Shown: piece by piece, positions 11,653-23,275 of the stretch
Layout of the letters: the number at the start of each line of letters is the position of its first letter
How positions within the stretch are numbered: position 1 is the first letter of the stretch
Position numbers and translations under genes: made by a program
Assembly: GCF_009914755.1 (NCBI RefSeq)
Contig: NC_060925.1
Strand: one strand, 5' to 3'
Source: the human T2T-CHM13v2.0 reference genome, Homo sapiens
Length of the DNA: 64,000 nt
The notes under the pieces: generated by a model
Seen by the model: the letters and a program-made list of their open reading frames with translations, nothing else
The model's database searches: none
Told to the model about the DNA's origin: nothing

Positions 11653-12169
11653 CCTGCCAGGGCCCGCGGGGCGCGGGGGACCCTCCTGGGCGGCGCCCCT
11701 CAGCGGGGCGGGGAGCCCCCAGTTGGGCACGGAGTTTCCTCTGGAGCACGGGGCTCCAGCCGCAGGATGCTGGGCGCCCTCTGGGGCGTGGCTGACTGTC
11801 CCTGTCGGACCTGGGGGTTTCTCTGGGGCCGGGCTCCGTCTGTTGGAAGAGGGAGACCCTCTAGGGCTGGGCCCCTCCCCCGGGCGCTCAACCTCGCTGG
11901 CCGAGCCCCCGGGTGCTGAGGGCGTGTTGGGGTCCGGGGGCGCGCGGGGTCCCGGAGCTGCGTCGGGGTCCAGGGGCGCGCGGGGTTCCTGGGGCAGAAC
12001 CGAGAACCCGGGGTGCGCAAGGGTCCCGGGGTTATGCTGGGCACCCGGGGCACGCAAGGGTCCCAGGGGTGCGCGGCGCTCCAGGAGGCGCGCAGTGGGA
12101 CAAGTGCGGCGGAAGGCGCGGCAGGGGTGGGGGGCGGCTCTGGGGCGACCGGCTGCCCCCGAGCCCGGC

Positions 12170-12217
12170 TCAGAGGGGCGGCGGGCGGCCGCGCGGCCGC
12201 TGCCCGGGCTCCGCCAT
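12170..12217 (-). other. Candidate upstream [18 protein letters not shown] (15 aa), in the TRABD2B 5' leader
   Basis: AGCAGC ATG GCG (A at -3, G at +4); TGA at 12172-12170; out of frame with the main ATG; no other minus-strand ATG between it and 11652. Confidence 0.55.
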
Positions 12218-12645
12218 GCTGCTCCGCGGCCGGGAGGGAGGGAGAGAGGAGGGCGGGAGAGCGGCGCGGAGCCGGGCCGGGCTGGGGGCTGGGGCCGCTG
12301 GGGCGGGGGAGGGGAGGACCTGGCGCGGGGGGCGGGGGGGCGAGGGGCCGGGGCCGCGCCGGGCCGGGCCGGGACGGGCCGGGCGGCAGGGAGTCAGGGC
12401 TAGCTCCGCGCCCGGGCGCGGCGAGGCGGGGTCTGATGGGCATGGCAGGCGCTCGCTCGCTCCTCTCTCGCTCCCTCGTTCGCTCCCTCACACGCGCGGA
12501 GGGAGGCGAAGCCCGCAGCAGCCACTTCCCAACTTTCCAAACTTCCCAGCGCAACTTTTTCCTCCCCTCCCCTGCCCGCGCCTCCTCCTCCCCCATCCCT
12601 CTTCCTTCCCTTCGCCAGGCGCGACCGGGCCGCAGCTTCCCCGTG

Positions 12646-12664
12646 CGGCCGCCAGAGGGCGCCC
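12646..12664 (+). promoter_or_regulatory. CTCF-type motif CGGCCGCCAGAGGGCGCCC upstream of the TSS
   Basis: Close match to the CTCF core consensus CCRSYAGRKGGCRS. Confidence 0.6.
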
Positions 12665-13269
12665 GGGCTAAGGACCCGCTCGGCCAACCTCCGCCGGCTC
12701 GGCGGCGGACGCGGACTGGTGGCAGCGACAGATTCGGGGACCAGCCTCGCCCAACGCATCCGTCCCGCAGATCCTGGCAGGAGCGAATAGCGAGAGGGAC
12801 AGGAGTTGGACTGGGGAGGCAGCAATCACACAAAATTCAGAAAGCTGCTGTGTGCAACCTTATGTCACGCGTAGCTCTGGGATGCGCTTGGTAGATGCTC
12901 TGCAAACACCAAATGTAAAAGAAAAGAAAAGAAATCCTCAAAATTCCTTGGAATCTTCCATTTAAGTAATCCCCTCTTATCTATGTCCTTGGACCCACGC
13001 AGGATCCCTGTGTCTGTCTCTGGAAGAGTGAGAATTGATATCCCAGTTTCTTAGACCACAAGACTTGAAAGACCCCTTAAACCAACCTACCCTTCCTCAA
13101 GAGGCAAATGAGACTTAGAGAAGGCCAGAGCACAAGATCTAAGCTTCTGAGCCGTTTCCAGCAAATGAAGAAAGGGAGGCACAGGCACCCCTGCTTGGTT
13201 CTGTTAAAGGAGAGTTTGTCGTCTCTTCTATCCTGACAACAAAGATTGACAGATGAATTAGGTCATACT

Positions 13270-13770
13270 GTCAGGAGCCCACAGCCTAGAGAAGGAGACA
13301 GACAGAGACAGATATGCAAAGACGCCATTAAAATACAGATGATGAGGGCCAGGAGAGACAGAAGCACAAGGAAATGGGAGCAGAGAGGAAGAGCTCCTAA
13401 CACAGCTCAGAGGCCCAGGGAAGACGCCTGGGAGATGGTCTTGAAAAATAAGTCAGAGGTAGCTTAGAGAAGGAGGTGCACATGCCTTCCAAGCGGAGGA
13501 AGAGCAGGTGCCAAGGCGCAGCAGTGTGAGAGCACACCTGCAGGGGACTGCAAGCAGTTACCCATGGCTGCGGCAAAAAGCAAGTGGCAGGAGCTGAAGT
13601 TGTGTCTTCTGGCCAAGCTGGGGAGTCTGTCCGTTCTAGGTATCAGGTCATAGGAAGTCACTGCAAGATTTGAAGTTTAAGGTGGCTAGAGTAGATCTGT
13701 GCTCATCGGGGGCATGAATTGGAGGGGGCAAGTTGGAGGCAGGGAGACCAGTGGGCAGATAGTCAGTGAG
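13270..13770 (-). mobile_element. L2 LINE fragment
   Basis: Purine-rich blocks typical of antisense L2 (ggagcccacagcctagagaaggagacagac; ttggaggcagggagaccag). Confidence 0.55.
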
Positions 13771-14739
13771 GAGGGAGCCAGAGCCCAGGCCTCGGTCTCC
13801 TGACTCCCAGCCCAGTGTTCTCCCCACTTCTCCCACTCATGCCTGCAGGTACCAGATTGAGCAGCTAGAAAATGACCATACTAGAAGGCTGAGTGAGAAA
13901 GACCAAGCAGGGCTGGAGGGCCAGAAAGGTTTTCCAGAGCACAGGATCGGGGTGGTTGGGAGGAACACGGGAAGGAAAGAAGGGGACACCAGAGACTGGC
14001 AGGTTTACCCTCATGTGCACATGAAGTTGCCACTTTTGTAAGTTACAAGTGAATGCATGTTGGCAATTTCATATGGTTCAACTTACTGGGTGTCTGGAGC
14101 AACCTCAGCCTCTTAGCTACACACACACTTGGTGACAGACACCAAGCAGGCCAGAGTGCCCAGACGGTATGTATGAGAGCACAGGACAGCGCCATGCTTC
14201 CCACACACAGAGCTCTGAGACCTGCAGCTCTGACAAGAGATGTCCTTTAAAGAGTCTCCACTTTCCGGAGCTCCAAAACTCCCTACAAGGTCACCACTCT
14301 GCTGGTAAGGATGAGGGGAAGTGAGAACTGAATTCCACTGGAGGGAGGGTCATGGTTCTCATTGGAGAATTAGAAGACACAAGTCAGATAGTGGATAAGA
14401 AAGAGCCTGATCAATTTAAAACAATGATGTGTGTAAATATGTGTGTGGATTTAAAAAACCTTCCCCTGCTGTATTGTAAACAAAGTTTCCCTGGTATCTT
14501 TTTTCCTAAAATTATAAAAGTTTTGTTGGCTAATTTTCATGAGTGTCAGCTATGACTTCCTCCTCCATGGTACACGTGGTGACTGTGACCAAGGCAGGAC
14601 AGTTAGCTTTTCTGTGCCTCTCTTTCCCCAGCCAGTTTCCTGTCCCCCTCACTTTCTGTGCGTCAATGTGTGCAATAATGTCTTAAGATCTTTACCAGTA
14701 TTGTTACTGATATTCTTAAAGAGAAGCAAGAACAAATAG

Positions 14740-15357
14740 ATTTTTCTGTTCCTAGATATATACCCAAGAGAACTGAGGACATTCATCGACACAAAAACTT
14801 CTACGTAAAGCCTGATAGCAGCATTATTTATTATAGCCAAAAGGTGGAAACAACCCAAGTGTTCATCAACTTATGAATAAATTAACAAAATGTGATATAT
14901 AAAAATATCATATCATATGCTAAATATATACATTTAAAAAACATGTTATAGTCATATGATGGAATATTATTTGGCCATAAAACAAAATGAAGCACTGATA
15001 CATGCTATTTCCAGGATAGGATAAATCAGTCTTGAAAACATTATGCCAAATGAAGCCAGTTGCAAGAGGACGTATATTATATTATTCCATTTATATGAAA
15101 TGTTCAGAATAGGCAAATATATAGCAAGGCAGAAAGTAGAGTGGTGGTTGCCTAGGGCTAGGAAGAATGGGGGCAATCGTGGGGCCATAGCTGAAGAGTG
15201 CTGGGTTTCCTTTTGGAGTAATGAAAATATTCTAGAATGGTGATGGTTGCACAACTCTGTGAATATATTAAAAACCATTGAATTACATTTTAAATGGGTG
15301 GATTGTAGGGTATGTGAATTATATCTCCATAAAGCTGTTACCAAATAAATAAATAAG
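14740..15357 (+). mobile_element. L1MB-like LINE-1 3' end
   Basis: atatacccaagagaactga...ggaaacaacccaagtgttcatca...ggtgatggttgcacaactctgtgaatata...ataaagctgtt followed by an A-rich tail. Confidence 0.85.
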
Positions 15358-16309
15358 TTTGGGGCCTCAGGAGAGAGTGTTCCTCAAGACTCAAGAGCAA
15401 GGGTCTCAGTGTTTTCAAACCATTTTTTTCCTCCCACATCGTGTAGTGTGAGAAACCCTGGATGATGATAATCCTAAGTCCTGGAGACGTATCCTTCCTC
15501 TGCTAACATCTCACGAGGTAGCTTTGGGTAATTCACTTGTTCTCTCTGGACCTGAGTAGGAACTGAGGTTCCATGTCATCAGTATGAAGAAGTTTGTGGA
15601 GCAGGTCACCTTTAGGAGCCTCTATACATAACACTGGAATTCTGAGCCCCTTGGCCACAGCCTGCTTAGAGCCTTTAGGCAGGATGGAGAAGAGCACAGG
15701 GCTCAAGAGAGAGTCAGGGGACTCGTAGCTTGCCTCCTCTCCCCTGGGCACATTTGGCTCACTTTCCTTTTATTGCATTTTAATTAAGTTGTTCAATCAA
15801 ATTGGTACCAGGAATTGAAGGCTGTAACAGTTAGGGCAGGAGCAGAAAGCCTTGTAGCGGAACTAAACCAACAAAGTCTGCCTCCTGAGCAGATCCAGGA
15901 GCCAGCCCAGTGCTGCTAAAGGGCATCTCTCAGGGAGGCAGAGGAGGGGCTCCCCTGCTCCAGTCCACTGAAAGGAGGAGCTTTGCTGTGGGCCTGAGGG
16001 CTGCCCTCCTGCAAGGCCATTGCCCTGGCCATTGGCCACACTGGCATTTTCAAATGGGCCTGGCCTGGCCTGACTTCCAGCTCTGACTCCTATCCCAGTC
16101 CTGCTCCTTCCTACCCACCCTCAGGCTCTATCTCCTCCACACCCTCTCCCCCAACTCCCTCACCTGGGTTGGCAGTTAATCCTTGATGATGGAAGGTCAT
16201 GGGGTGTGGGAGGGAAGGACATGGGGCATGGGAGGGAAGGACAGCTGACTTTAGGACCAAGAGGTTGGCAGTTAAGACAGTCTAGAGTGGTGGAAAGAGC
16301 CAGAAAAAG

Positions 16310-16610
16310 GGCTGGGCACAGTGGCTCACACCTGTAATCCCAGCACTTTGGGGGGCCAAGGCAGACGAAACGTGAGGTCAGGAGTTTGAGACCAGCCTGG
16401 CCAATATGGTGAAAACCCGTCTCTACTAAAAATACAAATAATTAGCTGGGCGTACTGGCAGGCACCTGCAATCCCAGCTACTCAGGAGGCTGAGCAGGAG
16501 AACCTCTTGAACCCGGGAGGCGTAGGTTGCAGTGAGCCGAAATCACGCCACTGTACTCCAACCTGGGTGACAGAGAGAGACTCTGTCTCAAAAAAAAAAA
16601 ATTAAAAAAA
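16310..16610 (+). mobile_element. AluS (Sg-like), full length
   Basis: Alu dimer with poly(A); TSD aaagagccagaaaaag 16294-16309 / aaagaaccagaaaaag 16611-16626. Confidence 0.92.
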
Positions 16611-17464
16611 AAAGAACCAGAAAAAGTGCAGAAACTAACTCAGAAAAGGGCATTTTCTCCTGGCAATGGGAAAATAGACACATAGTCACAAAAGTGCAAC
16701 AAAGGATTAAAATTGCCATATAATATGGCATTCATTAAAAACAAAACCCCTACGTGGGCCTGCCCAGTGGGGGAGTAGAGAGTACATAGGAATCAGTCCA
16801 GGGTTTTGTTCCTAGGGAGCTTGCAATCCAGTGAGGAAGACAGAGATGCAAACAAACAGGGGGCTTTGGGAAACAAATAGAGGGGACAAAAGGAGCAACG
16901 AAGTCAGCCTTAGGAGAAAGGAGATCAGCAAAGGTCTTTGCTGAGAAGGTCATGTTTCAGTTGATTTTTAAAGATGAGCAGGAGTTGGACAGGGAATAGG
17001 AAGAAGGGAAGGTCAGGCAGTGGGAACTGAATGTGCTAAGACATGGGACTGCAATTGCTTGGCACATACAGGGATTGTCAACAATGAAGGCGGAGAGGAG
17101 AGGCAGAATGGAGGAGAACTACTGGGGAGACTCAGAAATCAGACTGTACCAGGAAGGACTATGCATTATCTTGGAAATCCCTTCATCCTGCCATTCAGAG
17201 GAGATAATCCCCTGAGCTTGCTCTGCATAAATTGTGGGTGCTGGTTGAGGGTGGCTGACCTGCCAGGTACCAGACGGGCTGTGTGCAGCCTCAGGGATAT
17301 AATAGCAATGAGAGGCATTGGCTGTGTTAACTCACAAATATTTACTGGGTCCCCATATGAATTGTGGTGTCTTAGGCAGGAAGGAATATAGTCCTGCCCT
17401 CTGGATACTTGCCATTTCTGAACAAGACAAAACATGGGTAGGTGGTAAGTTAAGATGCATTTAT

Positions 17465-18165
<701 letters not shown>

Positions 18166-18777
18166 AGAGTTAGAAATCACCACCCACCCACTCGCATGCA
18201 TGGAAGGGCCAGGGGAGTGGTGCAGTATTGTAAAAGTCCAGGCAAAGTCAGTGAGCTGAAGACTCTCACCTTCGTATAGAACTACTAAATGATCCTGGCG
18301 GAGGCAGGATTTGAATTAGGCTATAAAGGAAAAGTAGGATTTAAATCGATGTAAAGGGCCTTGCTTGCATTCCAGATAATGGGAATGAGGAAAGTGAAAG
18401 GGCCAACATGGGGTAGGGAAAAGAAGGTTCTGGTTAGAGTAGAAGGGGTGAATATTGAGATAGCAGGCTGAAGTCGGGACTGGGCTGGGGTGCAGTTTGG
18501 CCATGAAGGAGGAAAAGGAGCTGGGGGTTATTGCAGACCAATTCTGTGAAAGACCCTGTATCTAAAGGATTTTAATGATGTTGTGAGACAGATATTTTTA
18601 TCCCCATTTTAAAGATGAGGAAACTGGGTCTCAGAGGGGAGGCATGACACATTCAAGTCATATAGCTGATAATTAGAAGAACTGGACTGTCTAGCTCTTT
18701 CCACTAAAGCATTTGCTTCCTTTAAGACATGAATGGGAAGGTAGCACAGATAGCACAGGCCAGATGGTATGGCTAGT

Positions 18778-18780
<3 letters not shown>

Positions 18781-18824
<44 letters not shown>
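18781..18824. repeat. (CA)22 perfect microsatellite
   Basis: Direct reading. Confidence 0.95.
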
Positions 18825-18827
<3 letters not shown>

Positions 18828-19234
18828 GGGGGCACATACATACCAAATATGGCAATTCCTGTGCTGTGGCTCCCAATCTAATTAGTGGGATGATTGCCAT
18901 TTAGGAGACTTTTGCCTTTCACTTTAGCCCAAGCTGTGTGAGGCTCCACTCCTCTATTTGGGATTCAATAGGAGTATGGAAAGGGAAAAAAGAAATGTGA
19001 TGCTTGAAACAAAATACCCCGTCGAGCTGACCACTAAATAGCACTTAGACCCCAAGTATACACACAGCTGCTTTATGTAATGAAGGCTGTGGACCATGTT
19101 CCTGGATATAAAATAACAAACCACATATAAAGTTTTATGTTGCTGTGTAATTAGCACAGATCTGTGAGTGAGCATGCAGGCCCGGGTGAGGGGAGGGGTG
19201 CTTAGGCCCCGGGCAATGAGCTGTGGAGGAAAGA

Positions 19235-19376
19235 GCATGCACGGTGGAGCCCAGAAGACAAGAGTTTGAATTCCTGCTCCACCACTTTGTAGCCCTTTGA
19301 CCTTGGGCAAGTTATTTAAACACTGTAAGCTTCCAATTTCACACCTGTCAAGGGAGGCAAAGCGCATGTCTTATAG
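19235..19376 (+). mobile_element. MIR, interrupted by MER20
   Basis: tgaccttgggcaagttatttaa core; MIR-like sequence resumes at ~19574. Confidence 0.7.
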
Positions 19377-19565
19377 CAGTGGTTTTGCCCTCATCCTGGC
19401 CTCCAGAGGCATCTGACAATGTCTAAAGACACTTTTGTTTGTCATAACTTGGAAGGTGCTACTGGCATCTAGTGGGTGGAGGCCAGGATGCTGCCCCCAC
19501 CCTACCCTCACAACAAAGAATTATCCTGCCCAAAATGCGAATCCTGCCAAGATTGAGAAACCTTG
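19377..19565 (+). mobile_element. MER20 (hAT-Charlie non-autonomous DNA transposon)
   Basis: cagtggtt...ttgagaaaccttg termini; ggtgctactggcatctagtggg and cacaacaaagaattatc...cccaaaatg; degenerate 8-bp TSD tcttatag/ccttctag. Confidence 0.85.
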
Positions 19566-19599
19566 CCTTCTAGGTTGCTATGTGATGACATAATAATTA

Positions 19600-19790
19600 C
19601 AAACTTTTACTGAGCATTAACTATATGTCAGGCACTGTTCTATCACTAAAGTGTGTCAACCTGTATCTGTTAATAGCAAAGCTAGGAGGGTGGTACTACC
19701 ATTATCCTCATTCTCTAGATAAGGAAACTGAAGCACAGAGAGAAAACATGCCCCAAATCACACACCTAGTAAGTGATGGAACCAAGGCAG
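19600..19790 (-). mobile_element. MIR
   Basis: tttactgagcatt...tagataaggaaactgaagcacagag. Confidence 0.7.
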
Positions 19791-19894
19791 TGTGCCCGGG
19801 TTTGAAGCAAAGCAGTGGCATGAACTCATGTGTGTCTACTTCAGTGTCTGGAACGTGGTGGTGATGGTGACTTCTCCACCTCTAGAGTGGGAGG

Positions 19895-21500
19895 ATTCAT
19901 TCATCCATTCATGCAACATATATGCATTGAGAGCTTAATCACAGCGTGGTGATAAAGAATTGGTTGACAAGATAGGCAAGGTCCTTGCTCACACAACTTA
20001 TTTTCTAGTTGAGAAGAAAAATTATAAACAAGCAAATCAATAAAAATGGAGATAATGTAAGTGATAGAGAATGTCTGGTGAGTGTTGAGAAGGAGTCTGC
20101 CATGAGAAGATATGGGGGAAGAGCATGTCCAGCAGAGAGAACAGGCTGGGAAAAGGCCCAGAGGTGGGGAGGCACCTTGGTCAGTTCAGGAAATAGAGAG
20201 AAGTCCAGTGAACCTGGACCTAGGTCATGAGGGAGGAAATTCTGTTTGTTTGTTTGTTTTTGAGACAGGGTCTCACTCCATTGCCCAGGCGGTAGTGTAG
20301 TGGCACGATCTCCGCTCATGGCAGCCTCCGCCTCCTGGGTTCAAGCGATTCTCCTATGAGGGAGGAAATTCCAAGAGATGACATTAGAGAGATAGGAGGG
20401 GCCAGGTGGAGTAAGACTTTGTAGGTCAAGGTAAGGAGTTTGAATTCCAGCTTTGCTGAGAAGCTATAGGAGGGTTTTGAAGAAGGGTAACAGGATCCGA
20501 TTTACATTTGTAAAAGAGCATTCAGATTTTGATGTGGGGGATGATGAGGCCAACACATGGGGAGTTCAGGGAGTGATTCAGTAAGGACGCTAGGGCAGTA
20601 GTTAAAGGGTATGATGATAGTGCCTTGGCCCAGGATGATTGTAGTGAAACTGGAGGACAGTGAGCAAATGTGGTTCACATACAGTGACTGTTTTGTGGCA
20701 TACATCATGTGAGAGGGAAAGAAAGAGAGGAATCAAAGGTGACGCTGAAGTTTTTATCTTGAGCAACTGGCTCCATCAGCTGAGATAGGGAGGCCTGAGG
20801 GAGGAGCAGGGGTTGGAGGGAGTGGAGGGAAGGTATCAAGAGGCCACCATTAGGGCATGTTAAGCAAGAGCTGCTTGCTAGGATCCAAGTAGAGGTGTGA
20901 AGAAAACAGCTTATAAATGAGCCTGGGGCTCAGGGCAGCAGTCTGGGCTGGAAGAATAAATGTAGTATCCATTGCACAAAGATGATATTTGAAGCCAAGG
21001 TGCTGTTAAAGAGAGGGAGAGAATGGAAGAAGGCCTAGGTGTAAGTCAGGGAACTCATTCATTTCAAGTTTGAAAGAGAAGCATTCATCAAAAGAGACAG
21101 AAGTAGGAGAAAAACCAGGAGAGAGAGGTATCAAGACATCCAACAAAATAAAACAAAACAGGGAAGTGACCATTAAATTTGACCACAGGAGGCTGACATG
21201 AGACATTTCAGTGAACTCTTGGGGATGCAAGCTCAAGTGAAATAGGTTGAAGACAGAGAGTTGAGCAAGTGGAGACAGCCACTACAGGGAACTCTTTCTA
21301 GGAATTTTATGGTAAAGGGTAAAGAAATGGAGTGGAGTAAGAACAAGGGTCAATGGTGAAACTATTAAAAATATGAGTCATATATGTATTTGCAAGCCAA
21401 TGTGAAGGATCTGGCAGAGAGAAGGGAACTTCTGATCCCAGAGAGAGAGGGGTTCACGGGAGACATCCTTGAGAAGTACTAGAGCAGCAAGAGGCTTGGG
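19895..21500 (-). mobile_element. L2 (L2a-like), long 3' fragment
   Basis: Antisense 3' tail attcattcatccattca followed by ~1.5 kb of purine-rich L2-like blocks. Confidence 0.7.
20243..20355 (-). mobile_element. 5'-truncated Alu (right-arm part) with (CAAA)n tail
   Basis: Perfect 16-bp TSD atgagggaggaaattc at 20227-20242 and 20356-20371. Confidence 0.9.
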
Positions 21501-21525
21501 ATCCAGAGAGAATGGAGTGGCTAAT

Positions 21526-21527
<2 letters not shown>

Positions 21528-21570
<43 letters not shown>

Positions 21571-21858
21571 AGATGGAGTCTCACTCTGTCGCCCAGGCTG
21601 GAGTACAGTGACATGATCTTTGGCTCACTGCAGCCTCTGCCTCCTGGGTTCAAGCGATTCTCCTGCCTCAGCCTCCCAAGCAGCTGAGACTATAGGCATG
21701 TGCCACCATGCCCAGATAATTTTTGTATTTTTAGTACAGACGGGGTTTCACCACATTGGCCAGGGTGGTCTTGATCTCTTGACTTCTTGACCTCGTGATC
21801 CTCCCGATTCGGCCTCCCAAAGTGCTGGGATTACAGGCGTGAGCCATTGCACCTGGCC
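21528..21858 (-). mobile_element. AluSc-like with a pure 42-nt tail
   Basis: gatctcttgac...ctcgtgatcc; TSD tggagtggctaattctt at 21513-21529 and 21860-21876. Confidence 0.9.
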
Positions 21859-22638
21859 CTGGAGTGGCTAATTCTTGTTAGGACATTTCATCTGTGATTA
21901 TAGGAGAGAAGGCCTCAAGCATGTGAATGATGTAGGTGGTCTGGTGGCTAGATAATGCTGTTCTGGGAGAATGATTTCCACTTTCTCAGAGAGGAAGATC
22001 TGAGCTCTGACCTGAGCCACTGGTCAGCTCCTAGCCCTGACCGTTGATACAGACTGAGCCAGTCCTGGCGCCAGACTGAGCTCTTCTTGTAGACTGAATG
22101 TCTAGTTCTGTCCAGACACCTCCCTTTGTTGATAAGAAAGAAGCTGGGAAAGCTTCTTTCACTATGGTGACTCAGCATAACCCATCTCTACAGCTGAAGA
22201 GAAAACTTGAAGCAAAGCCAGGCTCAGCGGGACCTGGATAGGTCCACAGATGAAAGGGAATTCCCCAAACTTGTCAGAGGAGGGGTTGGTAAGAGTAGAA
22301 CCACTGATGGGGCATGTCATGACCAGATAGAGCCAAGAACAGGAGGTTATCGAAATGGACCAAAAGTTGGGATTCATTAGAAGGAAAGGCCCAGACTGAA
22401 GTAGGAATGGGAAATGAATGAGACTGGCCATGAGGACATGCAAGCAGATCTGAATGAAGTGGGTTGGGTGGAGTTATGGGTGATCCAGCTAAATCTCGGA
22501 CTGCTAAGTGCTCTTCAGTGTTTTCCTTCTTTGTGGACTCTTGCAGGGCCAATGTGGTCTACGCAAATAGATTTACACATTTATATGGTGATCGAGAGTT
22601 TATAACTGTAAAACATATGCTGTGTAAGAAAAGGCTTT

Positions 22639-22950
<312 letters not shown>

Positions 22951-23109
22951 AGAAAGCCTTTACTACCATTAGTAGTGGATTGGATTGGGTTGGATTCTCC
23001 GCTCCCATTTTATGTTTGAAAGCCCTTTTGGTCAGTCTTATCAAGCAGTTGTCTGGACACTGCTTATGATATTTAGTGACAAGAAGCTCACTAAAGGCTT
23101 CACTTAAGG

Positions 23110-23275
23110 CCTAGCTTAATCTCTCCAGACCTCAATTTCCTCTTCTGCAAAGTGAGGAACAACAGTAATGTGTATCTTACAGCTTTGTTGTGGGAATCAA
23201 GTTAGATAATGCATGTGAATGCACTTTGTGTACTGTAAAGGGCTGTGAATATTACTTCTGTCATCATTATTAACA
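23110..23275 (+). mobile_element. MIR 3' half
   Basis: cctcaatttcctcttctgcaaagtg...gttgtgggaatcaagttagataatgcatgtg. Confidence 0.7.

Larger units (their letters stand above)
11380..12800. promoter_or_regulatory. TRABD2B: CpG island covering the TRABD2B promoter, 5' UTR and exon 1; no obvious TATA box, GC boxes present
   Basis: Very high GC and dense CpG against CpG-depleted flanks; GGGGCGGGG boxes near 11705, 12300 and 12329; exact TSS cannot be read from sequence (probably ~12.2-12.5 kb). Confidence 0.92.

Noticed and set aside
11243-12894. Long overlapping ORFs on both strands (386, 377, 293, 252 aa) over the CpG island
   Set aside because: Gly/Arg/Pro/Ala low-complexity translations, open in nearly all frames because stops are scarce at very high GC; no recognisable domain
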